A DNA stretch of 64,000 bases from Macrostomum lignano. Lineage: Eukaryota. A program made the translations under genes and the position numbers. The DNA lies in contig NIVC01000860.1 of NCBI GenBank assembly GCA_002269645.1, forward strand, positions 186,001 to 250,000, in the 5' to 3' direction. This document shows positions 47,651-60,284 of this stretch, one piece after another. Every line of letters begins with the position of its first letter. Position 1 is the first letter of the stretch. The notes under the pieces were generated by a model. That model worked only from the letters and a program-made list of their open reading frames with translations, was not told the origin of the DNA and did not search any database.

Positions 47651-50600
47651 AATAAAGCCAATAAGGAAGCCACCTAGTATCTACCACTATCAAAAAGGCA
47701 AAATTGGAAAGGAGGCTTTTTGGAAACCAACTGATGAGTAGGTCATCGCCCTCGCAGAAGATCTTGGTAAAAATTGGAAGTTTTGTTATATAAGTTACTT
47801 AAACAATATAAGAAAAGGAGAGAGAAAAGAAAGGAGAGAGAAAATAGTGAGAGGGAGAAAGAGGGAAGAGGGGATAAAAGAGAAGAGAGAAAAAATGATA
47901 GAAAAGGACATTTTCCCTTGGCTTCAACTAAGTAGTCTCTGCAACTTGAGTAGCAGCACTTTGTATAGTGGCTTAGGTTAGCAAGCCTCCAACTAGAGGA
48001 TGTGACTAGCCAGTTAAAGTCATTGCTGCATTGCAGGTCAGAAATCCACATCAAGTGCACCTTTATATAAAGCATGGTATTGGTCTTACTTACTGTCTAG
48101 ACTAATTAATGCACACTCCAAAAAACTGCACACAACATAGCCATATATGCAGCATCTAGCTGGTCTCTTCTTGATTGATGTCTATCAAGGCCCAGGTCTT
48201 AGTGTTATACAATTATAGAAATTTTATTAGCTATAGATATAATAAAAAGGGCCTATCAACTTAAGCTCAAAAAGTCATAAAGTAGAGCCCAAAATGTAAT
48301 CTATAATGTAATGTATATAAATTATATCACTCTTCTATCTATAGTGACACTAAGAAGCTAGATTTGGTAAAAAAATATAAACATTTGGACTTAGGATAGA
48401 AAAAAGCAAACAAAGAAATAATTAAGTACTCTATTCTACCTTATAAGCTTAAGTTTATATAATAGTCCTTAATTGTCTCCTTGCTTATTTTGTCCGATTT
48501 TAAGGTCCAAATTTTGTCATTTTTTGCCAAACTCAGCTTTTTACCCTACAGTTAGGATCATGACATGCCTGCCTGTGCCAGAACAAATTCTATCAAAAAG
48601 TTTGCTTGTGTTGTATATTGTATTTTTTTAAAAATGCAAAAATCTGTCATTTTCATTGGAAAATAAGCCTACCAAATAAAACTTGTATTTTAATCTGTTT
48701 CATAGAAAATGCAATCTTAATATAAATTAATTAAAAAAGCTATCAATATACTAGCAAACAAAAAGTGTTAAACCTAATAAAAAGAAGTTATATGCTAATT
48801 TTTTTATAGAAAATTTTGTCTTGGAAGTTTTTATCTTGCACTAAACCATACCAATTTTTTTATCTTGCACTATACTATGCTAGCGCAGCATATATCAAAC
48901 CTTCTTTAATATCAGTATTTTCTATAAAAAAGGCAATCTTCCTAACTATGGCTCTTAATTCATTTAAAATATAACTCTAGAGTCTACTTATTAACTTATA
49001 GTTTTAGGCCTATATTTTCACAAATAAATTTTAACAAATTATACAAGCCTAAATTTTAACCAGGCTAGTGACTTAGTCATATATTTTAACAAATTGACAA
49101 TATATTGACAATAGGCCTATATGCATAAAAAATATTGTGACTAGGGGCCTATTGCCTTTATAAATATAGCCTTTTTGATCTATCATCCTTTTGTTTTTAG
49201 TTTGACCTACATTATATATTGTCTTTCTAAAGAATTATAGGGCCTAAGGGGCCGCCTAAGTATTTTAGAGCTCATTTGAAAAAAATTTGCCAGATGGCTT
49301 TTGAAAATCAACCTAAGGGCCTAAAAGGGGCCTACAGACAGACAGACAAACAAACAGCATAGAATTAGGCCTAGCCTAATTAATAGGGCCGATAATTAGA
49401 CTACAATATAATGAGATTTTGAAAGTTAGACCTCTATTGACTATTTTAGTAATAGTAGGCTGGCCCTAGGCATACTTTTCATTTTATTTAATAAATCTCA
49501 TTTGCCTAATAAAAAACCTTACTATAGAAAATAGGTCTAGTATTAGTAATAAAAACCATGCTAGGCGGCTAAGCCGCCTATTGCTACAATTCAAAAGGTT
49601 AGGTTAGGTGACCTCATAGTCACTGACATCGTCATCGACATGACTGACACACCTGACAGTGACAGACATTAAAAAAGAATGCCAGTAAATTCGAATAGGG
49701 GCCTAGGCCTACAGTATTCTACAGTATTCAGGCGATGGTTAAACTTTGAAATGTCCGTCTGCATAACAGCATAACTGTTGGCTGTTGGTCCGCGCTGGAA
49801 ACCCAAACATTATTATGTTTATTAGGCTTGCCTTAATGTAGGCCTAGCTAGTGGAAAATTCTAGGACTAAGACTAAGAGCAGTGAGAAAAAAGACGCAAT
49901 TTTAGTGAAATGTGATTATTTCTTTTAAAGAGCACGGCGAATTCGCAAACACATTAAATATTTTACATAATTTAGGACTTGGTCACTGAAGCCAGCTGCA
50001 CTGCAGCTGAAAGTCCACTGTCTGGCAGTCATGATCTGCTGAAACTTGAAACCGAAAATATTTGCGCTTTAAAATAGAAGCAAAATTTAACAAATGCAGA
50101 GTAGGGCGAACTTAGGATCACGTTGGACAACCAACTTTGTTGTCGTGTAAAAACGATCAGCAAACTTGAAAAGATTAATTTTTCAGTAGACTAAGTTTCC
50201 TTTATTTCCTTATTCGTGAGTATTTCTTTGAAGCTTTGTGTAAATGTGTAGCATAGAACCTTGATACACTTTAATGATATAGCAAAACTTATAACTTTTA
50301 AATCCTAATTATAATCTAAACAATATATTTCATGTTTTGCATGGGATAACCGTTCAATAATAAATAAATATTAGCTCAGGACACTTTTTTGGATCTGAAA
50401 GGTTATCTCTGGAAAGTTTTATAGTTTACCAAGACAATGTGACATGTCAATACTTTCTTAATGCTCAACAGGATCATATTTTCAGAATTCAGAATTCTAG
50501 GCACTTAAGGTGGAGAATTTTGTTTCTTTCTTTAATGTTTGCCATTCCTCCAAGCTCTTTACAATACAAGCTAATCTTGGAAATCAATCTTTGCTAAAAA

Positions 50601-51738
50601 ACAGCTTTTGAATACGCTAATATAAACGTCATGATGAACTCTTACAAAGCGCACTAACTTAACTTTTTAGTTTTCTAAGAAGCCACATCCTGGTAATTCA
50701 TATCACGTTACACACTAATGTTTTGTAGTGTGAAGCGTTAGACAGAAATTGACATAAGGATATTACTGGATATATCCTATCCTGTAGACTATTCATCTAA
50801 AAGTGTCCTTATGTGTCCTTGTTTTGTCCAGGCGCAACATTACCGGGCGTAGATATAAGTGTAAATACCAGTTTAAAAATCACATAAAAAGAAAGGCTGT
50901 TTTTCAACAATATAATTGATAAGGCCTATTGGCTATTATTCTATTGTTTTAGACTTTTAGTTTATAAGTTGTCTGAGTTGATAATTTAATTTATTGTTCG
51001 GTGAAATATATTTAAATTATATTTTTGGCGAAGTAGTTAATTTTTTCTAGGCTCTTGATGATCTTGATCTTAACAATAGTTTGATAGGAGCATGCCATTT
51101 TATTAGGTTGCAAGATAGTTGCTTGTGTTGTATATTGTTCGTAATAAATCTGCTTGAAAAGTCGTTTTTTTGTTTCCATAGGTCCCTTTACAAAGAGCCT
51201 ACTGCATTGTTTAACTGTTTCTGCTTTATATTACTTCTAGTTCTAGTCATGTTTTCCTTTAAAAGCTTAGCTAAAATAATTTTTCATAGTTTTTCACAGG
51301 TATAATATTAGTTATCAATGGGCTATATATATTATAATGTTTTTTATCACTGCAAAATTAGTTCAATTATACTTTCGTTTGTGGTTAATTCACTTGTTCT
51401 ATATTTTGTGTTATGTTTTCTAACTTTTAATGTTGCCAAATTATTATATCTAGTTGTTGCTAGTTATTTTATTGAAAAACACTGTTTTGTAGTTTATTTA
51501 TTTTTTATCAATGTACAATTTAACAGCTTATTCAATATAAATTCATTTTCCTATTTCAAGAATAGAATAGTTTTAGGTATTTTTAATCCATTGGGTACTG
51601 TTCACATGACAACCTAAATTTCGTAACTCTTGTGAATTCTACCTACTTTTAATTCATTCCAATTTTACTCATAGTAAGAACTGTACTATAAATCTAGCTT
51701 TACTCCAATTTTAGGCATCTGTGCTATATCTACCGCGC

Positions 51739-54700
51739 ATGGCATCTCAGAGATATATGTATCTGAAAGACATTCCTGCAAGGGATATGTACCATCTGCA
51801 AACTGTTGTGAGCACCTCTGAGTCCACTGACCGCTTTGGCGCCTGGTTACTCCTGGCAAATTTTGCTGGTTTCCCTACCGAAACAATCAACAGAATCAAA
51901 GCCATGGGCAGCAATAGAGTAGAATGGACAAAGACATTCTTTGACAATTGGCTGCAGCGGCTTCCAACTCTGGCCTCGGTTGCTCGCGCTGTCACCAAAG
52001 CATCTCTAGTTGAAGCTGTCAGAATCCTGGAGCCTCTGTGCCACGGCGAGGCTCTGCAAATCCTGCAGCAGTGGCAGCGAATGCAGGATGAAGAGCTTCA
52101 GCTGCAGTTGCCGCCGCCGTCTCCAACCATGGGTGCACCGAGGCATCAGCATCAGCAGCAGCATGGCGAGTTCCAGCAATCAGCTGACAGTTTCGTTGTG
52201 CAGCATCGGGAAAACCCGCACGGCATCGAGGCCAACTCCACCCCCACTGCGACTGACATGGAGACAGAAAATCAGGTGATTTGGTGAAATGAGGGCCCGT
52301 TTCTTTGCACCGTTTTGTTTCCTATTGACGAAGTATTGACGTATTGAGCATATTATTTTTTATTATTTTCAATCCGCCCCTATACACGCATTTTTTGTTT
52401 GCTTTATAAACCTTTAATTTCCGCGTATTCAGCATCGCAAAAATTTATGCTAGATAAAAATCTTAACCGTGCTAACAAACAATTCCTGACAACCCCCCCC
52501 CCCTGCTATCCTATACGCCAAGCCAACCAGCTGCCTCGCTGAGTTGCCCCAGACTCAGCCTGCTGCTACACCTGCAGCCCCCGTCGCATTGAGACAACTG
52601 CCGCCCGCCGTCAGGACTCAGGTAAAAATAGCTTTGATCGCTTTTTTTAAATCTCTTGCCTTTCTTCCTCGTCTCCAATGCTAATTTCTGTTCTCCTCTG
52701 TGCCCTGGATCTATTTTTTTAATACATTTCTAGGAATCTTGGGACTGCTAGTTAAATTCGTTACTCTGTTCCTTAATTCTTAATAAGATTCGTATACGTA
52801 TTATCTCTCATAAAAATATTAATATTTTGATGATGCTTTTTCTGTGAATTAATACGATCCGCGTCCAAAGAAGCATTAGCTACTGATTCCCAATCCTTAA
52901 TTTTATACATCCCGATCTAAATTATATTTCTAAGAATCCCGCTCAAATTGATTTAAAATCTAACAAGCCGCATCCAATTTCTAAGGATCCTGATACGCTT
53001 TCCAAGAATCTCTGATACGCTTTACAAGAATCTCTGATACGCTTTACAAGAATCTCTGATACGCTTTACAAGAATCTCTGATACGCTTTCCAAGAATCTC
53101 TGATACGCTTTACAAGAATCTCTGATACGCTTTACAAGAATCTCTGATACGCTTTCCAAGAATCTCTGATACGCTTTCCAAGAATCTCTGATACACTTTC
53201 TAAGAATCTCTGATACACTTTCAAAGATCCCTGATACACTTACCAAGAATCCCTGATACACTTTCCAAGAATCCCTAGTACACTTTCCAATAAACCGTGA
53301 TACACTTTCCAAGAATCCCTGATACACTTTCCAAGAATCCGTGATACACACTTTCCAAGAATCCATGATAGTCTTTCCAAGAATGCCGGATAAACATTCC
53401 AAAAATCCCTGATACACATTCCAAGAATCCATGATACACTTTCCAAGAACTCCTGATACACTTTCCAAGAGTCCCTGATACACTTTCCAAGAATCCCTGA
53501 CACACTTTCCAATAAACCGTGATACACTTTCCTAGAATTCCTGATACACTTTCCAAGAATCCCTGACACACTTTCCAATAAACCGTGATACACTTTCCTA
53601 GAATTCCTGATACACTTTCCAAGAATCCATGATAGTCTTTCCAAGAATGCCGGATAAACATTCCAAAAATCCCTGATACACATTCCAAGAATCCATGATA
53701 CACTTTCCAAGAACTCCTGATACACTTTCCAAGAATCCGTGATACACTTTCCAAGAGTCCCTGATACACTTTCCAAGAATCCCTGACACACTTTCCAATA
53801 AACCGTGATACACTTTCCTAGAATTCCTGATACACTTTCCAAGAATCCCTGACACACTTTCCAATAAACCGTGATACACTTTCCTAGAATTCCTGATACA
53901 CTTTCCAAGAACCCCTGATACACTTTCCAAGAATCCCTGATACACTTTCCAAGAATCCCTGATACAATTTCCAGGAATCTCTGATACACCTTCCCAATAA
54001 CTCCTGATACACTTTCCAGGAATCCAAGAATTCCATGCTTCTAAGTATCAAGTATCCGAAAAAATTCTAAGAATTCTTGAAACAAATTCCAAGAATCCTT
54101 GAAACAAATTCCAAGAATCCTTGAAACAAATTCCAAGAATCCCTTATACATTTTCCAAGAATTCCTGATGCATTTTCCAAGAATTCCTGATGCATTTTCC
54201 AAGAATTCCTGATGCATTTTCCAAGAATTCCTGATACATTTTTTAAGAATTTCAATCAAACTTCTAGGAAACCGGATAATTTCTAAGAATCAATTTTTCA
54301 ATTCTAAGAATCAGAGCCAACGTAAACAAAATAATCCCCAATCTCCGAAATCCAACTCCGCTCCATCAGCTGCGCGTCTCGTGGAGGATGGGCAGTTTCA
54401 ACCGTCAGCCCGTGCGGCAGCTGCAGCTGGTGACCAACACAGATGAGGCTTGGGCGGCCGCCAACGGCTGCTGAGTTTCCACCGCCAACTCGCCCATCCG
54501 CACCTGGCACCGCTGCTTGGTTCGCAAAAGTTCTCAGGCAGTGTCGATTTGTACTTTCCAGTCTACCGGTGCACTTTAGAGGATGCTTATTGCTGTCGAA
54601 TTATGATGAAATTTGGATGCCCATTGGACTTTGAGTCCCGGCTGCGGTTGCTGTTCGGCATCGCCAAGGCGCTGCTGTACCTGCATGGCGGCCAGCAGGC

Positions 54701-56022
54701 TGGGCAGAGCTTCGTGTTGGGCAACCTGGCTGCCAACTCTGTGAGCCCCAGTCTGGCCTTCAATTTTTGTAGGATTTGTTAATTTGTATTTCTAAGAATC
54801 TCAATCTCTCATTCTAAGAATTTTGATCGCATTTCCAAGAATCTTCATCTCATTTCTAAAATTCTGGATTCTTTTATTTTTAGGAATCTCAATCTCATTT
54901 CGAAAAATATTATCCCGTTTTCTATGAAACCTGATCCCGTTTCTAAGAAACCCTTTCTAAGAATATTGATCTCTCATTCTAAGAATCTCGATCTTGCATT
55001 CTAAAAATCTCGATCTGATTTCTAAGAATCTTGATCGCATTTTTAAGAATCTCGATCTCATTTCTAAGAAGATTGATTTCTCATTCTAAGAATCTCGATC
55101 TCATTTCTAAGAATATCGATCCCTCATTCTAAGAATCTTTTTCTCATTTCTAAAATTCTCTATTTAATTTTTAAGAATCTCAATCTCATTTCTAAAAACA
55201 TTATCCCGTTTCTAATAATTTTGATCTCGTTTCTAAGAAACCCGATTTAATTTCTAAGAATCTCTTTTCCATTACTACGAATATTGATAACATTTCGATT
55301 AAATTTCTTAGAATCCATATACTACGAGCTATTTCTAAGCATCCCGATGCCATTTCTAAGAATCACGATCGTATTTTTCAGAACTCCGGCAATTTTAAGA
55401 ATCCTAATCATTAGTGATGGGGCGGAGTCTGGAGCTCTTGTGCGCTCCATTAGTGATGGGGCGGAGTCTGGAGCTCTTGTGCGCTCCATTAGAGATGGTG
55501 CGGAGAGTCTGGAGCTCTTGTGCGCTCCATTAGCGATGGGGCGGAGATTCTGGATTAAATTTTCACTTCAAAGCCACTGCCGCAACGCCGCAGGTAATGC
55601 TTGACAGTTTTTGGTGTCCAGCCATCTGCGACCTGACGGAACTGCGCGAGGCCGACGCCAACGAGAATTTCTCAGCAGACGTGTCGGCTTTCAAAACCGT
55701 CGCCATGGAGACCCTGACTGGCTGGTCCAGCCGCCAGGACAGGCGCAAATTCGACGAAGCAGTCAACAAAGTGGACGAGCTGCTGACACTGCAGTTCGAT
55801 ACTCGGACTCAGTTTGTGCTGGACAGCGAGTGCCTGCTGCCGGACGAGATGAGGCTGGACGAGACTCAAGTTGATGAGGATGTCATCAGCTTAATGTGCA
55901 CGCGCTATCAAATCTTTCTCACCGTGATGCACGAAACAGCTGGCGTTGTCAGTATGCAAGACTTGGCAGAAGTTATGAGACAGAATCAGTACTTTAACAA
56001 AATGTGGTACACGTTCTGTTAG
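51739..56022 (+). CDS. Death-domain + IRAK/Pelle/Tube-like pseudokinase, ~478 aa; exons 51739-52275, 52523-52621, 54370-54740, 55594-56022; one apparent 1-bp deletion near 54455
   Basis: The N-terminus YLKDIP...WLLLANFAGF...I..I...TKTFFDNW...TLASV..A is death-domain-like. The kinase fold reads LAHPHLAPLLG...PLDFESRLRLLFGIAKALLYLH...VLGNLAANS|VMLDSFWCPAICDLT...ADVSAFKTVAMETLTG. Junctions are phase 0. Confidence 0.72.
52985..54300. repeat. 22-bp intronic minisatellite (tttccaagaatccctgatacac) with variant subarrays
   Basis: Read directly. Confidence 0.93.
54790..55280. repeat. Degenerate ~21-23-bp intronic minisatellite (tttctaagaatctcgatctca)
   Basis: Read directly; it shares the aagaatc core with 52985-54300. 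Confidence 0.8.
55411..55545. repeat. 39-bp tandem repeat, ~3.5 copies
   Basis: ttagtgatggggcggagtctggagctcttgtgcgctcca at 55411, 55450 and ~55489. Confidence 0.9.
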
Positions 56023-56199
56023 ATCTGAGACTTGAAAATGCGGTATTCAAGTATTTTTAAACTAGGCAGCTTGTTTTCGTTTCTGTTTTAGAAAGAATTT
56101 TTTACAAGTATGAAATTGCAAGCGTAATTTTTTGAGTTCTGAGATTTGTGAGCTCTGTAAACTTATAGTTTGGAATACAGAGTTTAAGAGACTTCGAAC

Positions 56200-57065
56200 T
56201 CCGAATCGTTAGTATGAGATTTTGAACCTTTTAGATCTGTGTGGGTCTTTGGTATGAGATTTTGGATCTGTGTGGCTCTTTTGTGAGATTTTGTTTTTTG
56301 TGGATCTTTGTTGTAAGCTTTTGAACACTTGTGGATCTTTGGTGTGAGATTTTGAATCTGTGTGGCTCTTTGGTGTGAGATTTTGAATCTGTGTGGCTCT
56401 TTGGTGTGAGATTTTGAATCTGTGTGGCTCTTTGGTGTGAGATTTTGAATCTTTGTGGCTCTTTTGTGTGAGATTTTGAATCTGTGTGGCTCTTTGGTGT
56501 GAGATTTTGAATCTGTGTGGCTCTTTTGTGTGAGATCTTGAATCTGTGTGGGTCCTTGGTGTGAGATTTTGAATCTATGTGGGTCTTTGGTGTGAGATTT
56601 TGAATCTGTGTGGCTCTTTGGTGTGAGATTTTGAATCTGTGTGGCTCTTTGGTGTGAGATTTTGAATCTGTGTGGCTTTTTGGTGTGAGATTTTGAATCT
56701 GTATGGGTCTTTGGTGTGAGATTTTGAATCTTTGTGGCTCTTTTGTGTGAGATTTTGAATCTGTGTGGCTCTTTTGTGTGAGATTTTGAATCTGTGTGGG
56801 TCCTTGGTGTGAGATTTTGAATCTGTGTGGCTCTTTGGTGTGAGATTTTGAATCTGTGTGGCTCTTTGGTGTGAGATTTTGAATCTGTGTGGCTCTTTTG
56901 TGTGAGATTTTGAATCTGTGTGGCTCTTTGGTGTGAGATTTTGAATCTGTGTGGATCTTTTGTGTGAGATTTTGAATCTGTGTGGCTCTTTTGTGTGAGA
57001 TCTTGAATCTGTGTGGGTCCTTGGTGTGACATTTTGAATCTATGTGGGTCTTTGGTGTGAGATTT
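56200..57065. repeat. 31-bp minisatellite (gagattttgaatctgtgtggctctttggtgt), ~27 copies
   Basis: Read directly; ORFs 56184 and 56231 are translations. Confidence 0.95.
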
Positions 57066-57949
57066 TGTCGAAAAAGTCTCAGTTTTAAGTCCTTGACAGA
57101 CTGGAGATCAGGAATCAGGAATCCTGTCGTATTCCTGATGGCGTTGGAAAATTTATATTGCATGCAGCATTTTTACTACTTTTACGCTCTTTACCAGTAG
57201 TAAAACCGTAACAGTTAATCAAGGCTCAGAAATATAGCTTCTCTAAATCGATAGATATGTATATTTAATATCACGGTGGATTCAAGTATCACCATATTTA
57301 AACAATTTTATGGTTTCGCAATATGAGCTAGAGCATGTGATCAATCCATTGATAGATACTCTTGGAAGTATTAAATTGTTTAATAAAATGTAATTTGTCT
57401 TGTACGTCAGGCTAAGATTATTTGTAATTATTATTTTGTTGTAATATTTAATTGTAATTTGCGCTGCGCTTTCGATTCGTCCAAAGTGATTTCAAATTCG
57501 TCAGCGTATGCAACACTACACCTTTTCACGTTCAATTTTGATCAAAGTCCAGTTCTAAAAAAACTAGCGAAATTCAATTCAGACTGAGGATAATTTTGTC
57601 TATGGCTAAACCTTACTTCGGTTAGAATGTTTTGAGCTGGGGTTAGACTGGGCCCCAGTCTAAATTGTCTGAATTGAATTTCCGCATTAACTGCCCGCTA
57701 ATTTGAATTAAAGTAAGTTTGACTCCTGCAAGCGGGCTTAAATGTAGTCTATGGCATTAAAAGGCAAGAATAAGTGCCCAGCGGGCACAAAGGTCATGGT
57801 ACAATGTACTATTTTAAAGACATTGGATATTGTCATAATTTTTTAGGGCATATGCCTGCATTTTCAGGGCATCAATGTGGCAATTCTTGCCTCGAATTGT
57901 CTATGACATTTTTATTTCAGTAGACGGAACACAAACAAGCAACAGAACA

Positions 57950-58550
57950 AAACATGCGCATACAATGTGGTTTTAGAAGACAAGTTAGTCAACAGTTAGT
58001 CAGTTGAGTTGCCGTTAATGCGCCAAATTCATCATCAGACATTGGGTTTGCTAGTTGTTCAGGCCTTTAAAATCAAACGTACAATTTCGAAATGTGCCAG
58101 AAAAATTGACACTGGTTTAGACAGAATTAGAAGCGATGCAGTCCTGCTCGAATGCAGATCAGACAATTGCTGTAGCATAGTACAGATTGTCCTTTGTTCT
58201 CAGTCTCGATAGAAGAAGCGCAAATAATTAGCCAAAATAGACTTTGGAATTAGTAATAGATCAGTTGACAGCTTGTTATCTTCCAGAAATCTCTTAAAAA
58301 CGGTCTATATTGTCCTCCATCTGCCGAACAGAAGAATCGGGTATACCATCGCGTTCTAGCCCATTTAGGTCTTCAATCACGTCGTCTGGAATGTCGAGAA
58401 TCTCTTCTGATTCGATCTTGTCCGCGAATTCCTTGCTCAATTTCTCCAAATACCGGCTGTTTGACTCCGCTGAAATCCAGGCCAGCTGTTCGGTCGACAT
58501 ACGAGTACCAAATACAACTTCTCCAGGCAAATATGAATAATTGATTAAGT
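57950..58550 (-). pseudogene. Degraded Crypton-like (DUF3504/KCTD1-type tyrosine-recombinase) fragment
   Basis: Frameshifted reading DDVIEDL...IPDSSVRQMEDNIDRF/KRFLEDN...LLLIPKSILANYLRFFY/LRTKDNLYYATA/LICIRAGLHRF, matching the Crypton N-terminal pattern (L..F...LR.KDG..Y...SL..IRA.L.R). Confidence 0.6.
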
Positions 58551-58707
58551 GATTGATCATGCTTGAAGCGTGGTAAGAGCATGCTAACAAATTAAAATTT
58601 ATCCTGACATTCTTTTTCCTTTTACAGTGAAGCTAAGCCCATAAATACGAGGTGTATCCCAAAAGTAAGTTTCCCTCATATGTAACTCGGCACCCAAGAG
58701 GCTCAGC

Positions 58708-59097
58708 CATGGATGAATGAATAGAATGGATTGCTATTCTGGCTCTGGCTATTTTCGTTTTTGACTCTTTTGCATCCGGTTCCCCCCCGTGCCTTTTCAT
58801 TGGTTGATGATTGCCATAGACAGTTTTCGGCCTTCGCCCCTTTCTTTCGATGCACAGGCGCAAAGAACTGAGAATGTCAGTTACTTGCAGAGAATATCGA
58901 GCGCTCGTAGGTCTTCCCCCTTTATTTCAAAACACGAGCGAAAGCGCTTGTGCATCGAAAGAAAGGGGCGAAGGCCGAAAATTGTCTATGGCAATCATCA
59001 ACCAATGAAAAGGCACGGGGGGGAACCGGATGCAAAAGAGTCAAAAACGAAAATAGCCAGAGCCAGAATAGCAATCCATTCTATTCATTCATCCATG
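58708..59097. mobile_element. 390-bp MITE with ~150-bp TIRs, CATG termini and 8-bp TSD (P-element-like)
   Basis: GGCTCAGC|catggatgaatgaatag ... ctattcattcatccatg|GGCTCAGC; the perfect 8-bp duplication is at 58700-58707 and 59098-59105. Confidence 0.85.
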
Positions 59098-59218
59098 GGC
59101 TCAGCTAAGTGCCACGTACGTTGTTGCTTTCTTTTTTGTCTATGTTCCAACTCTAAACAAGTCCTAGCTGGTTCTCGAGCTGCATGGCTGCAACCCAAGC
59201 ACACAACCCTTAGCAACG

Positions 59219-60284
59219 ATGGCCGCGTCCAGCTCGTTCTCTCGCTATGACGTTCGAAGCATCATCAAGTTTTCTGTGCTGTCTGGAAAATCGACACCAG
59301 AGATTCATCAAGAACTCGTGAGAGTCCTAGGAGAAGCTGCACCATCCATTCAAACGGTCAGGAAGTGGGTGCGAGAAATTCAAGAAGGATGGGACTGCAT
59401 GGAGGACAAAGAGCGTTCTGGACGACCAAGGACTGCGACAACGGATTCCAATGCTGATCGCGTGATGGCTTCTGTGAGTGAAGACAACAGAAGGACATGC
59501 AGTGAGCTGGAGGAACTCCTCGGCATTCCCCACAGCACTGTGCACCGCATTCTGACCAAGAATTTAGGCCTACAAAAGCTTTTCGCCAAATGGGTGCCAC
59601 ACCTGCTGACTGACGAGCAGATGGAGGAGCGGGTGATGGTGTCCCAGGACTGCCTCCGTCGGGTTCGTCGTGAAGGCGACGGATTTCTCAGTAGAATAGT
59701 GACTGGAGACGAGACGTGGGTCTACGAATGGGACCCAGAGCTGAAGCGGCAGTCAGCGCAGTGGCTTCCGATAGGATCGGCGAGTCCCGAGAAGGTGCGA
59801 CGCAAACAAGGCTCATTGAAGGTGATGCACATCATTTTTTTGACATTGACGGGATCATTCTGGACTGGCCTGTGCCTGTGGGTACCAAAGTGAATGCTGA
59901 GTACTATCGATGGGTGCTTCAAGAGAAACTGCGACCAGCGATAAGGAAAAAGAGGCCGGGCCTTCTGGAGAGAGGCGTCATATTCCATCACGACAACGCC
60001 CCCGTGCATCGGGCCAGACGGGTTGAAGAGCTGCTCGGCTAGTGGAACTGGGAAATTCTCCGCCACCCGCACTACTCGCCTGATTTGGCTCCGGCAGACT
60101 TCTATCTGTTCCCGAAGATGAAAGAGAGCCTCGTGGCCAGCGTTTCGGATCTGAGGAGCAGGTGAACAACAGCGCTTCATCAGCTCTCCGACATATGGCG
60201 ATCGCAGGCTGCAGGCCCGCCTTTGAAGCGTGGGTGCGTCGCTGGGAAAAGTGCGTTGAGCTTGGCGGCCGATTTGTGGAGTGA
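59219..60284 (+). pseudogene. Disrupted mariner transposase
   Basis: RSGRP, WVPHLL, TGDETW, HDNAP and HYSPDLAPADF motifs. Frameshift in a T run near 59835, in-frame TAG at 60040, second frameshift near 60131. Confidence 0.93.

Noticed and set aside
53022-57163. Long ORFs at 53022-53989 and 56184-57163
   Set aside because: Translations of the 22-bp and 31-bp repeats.
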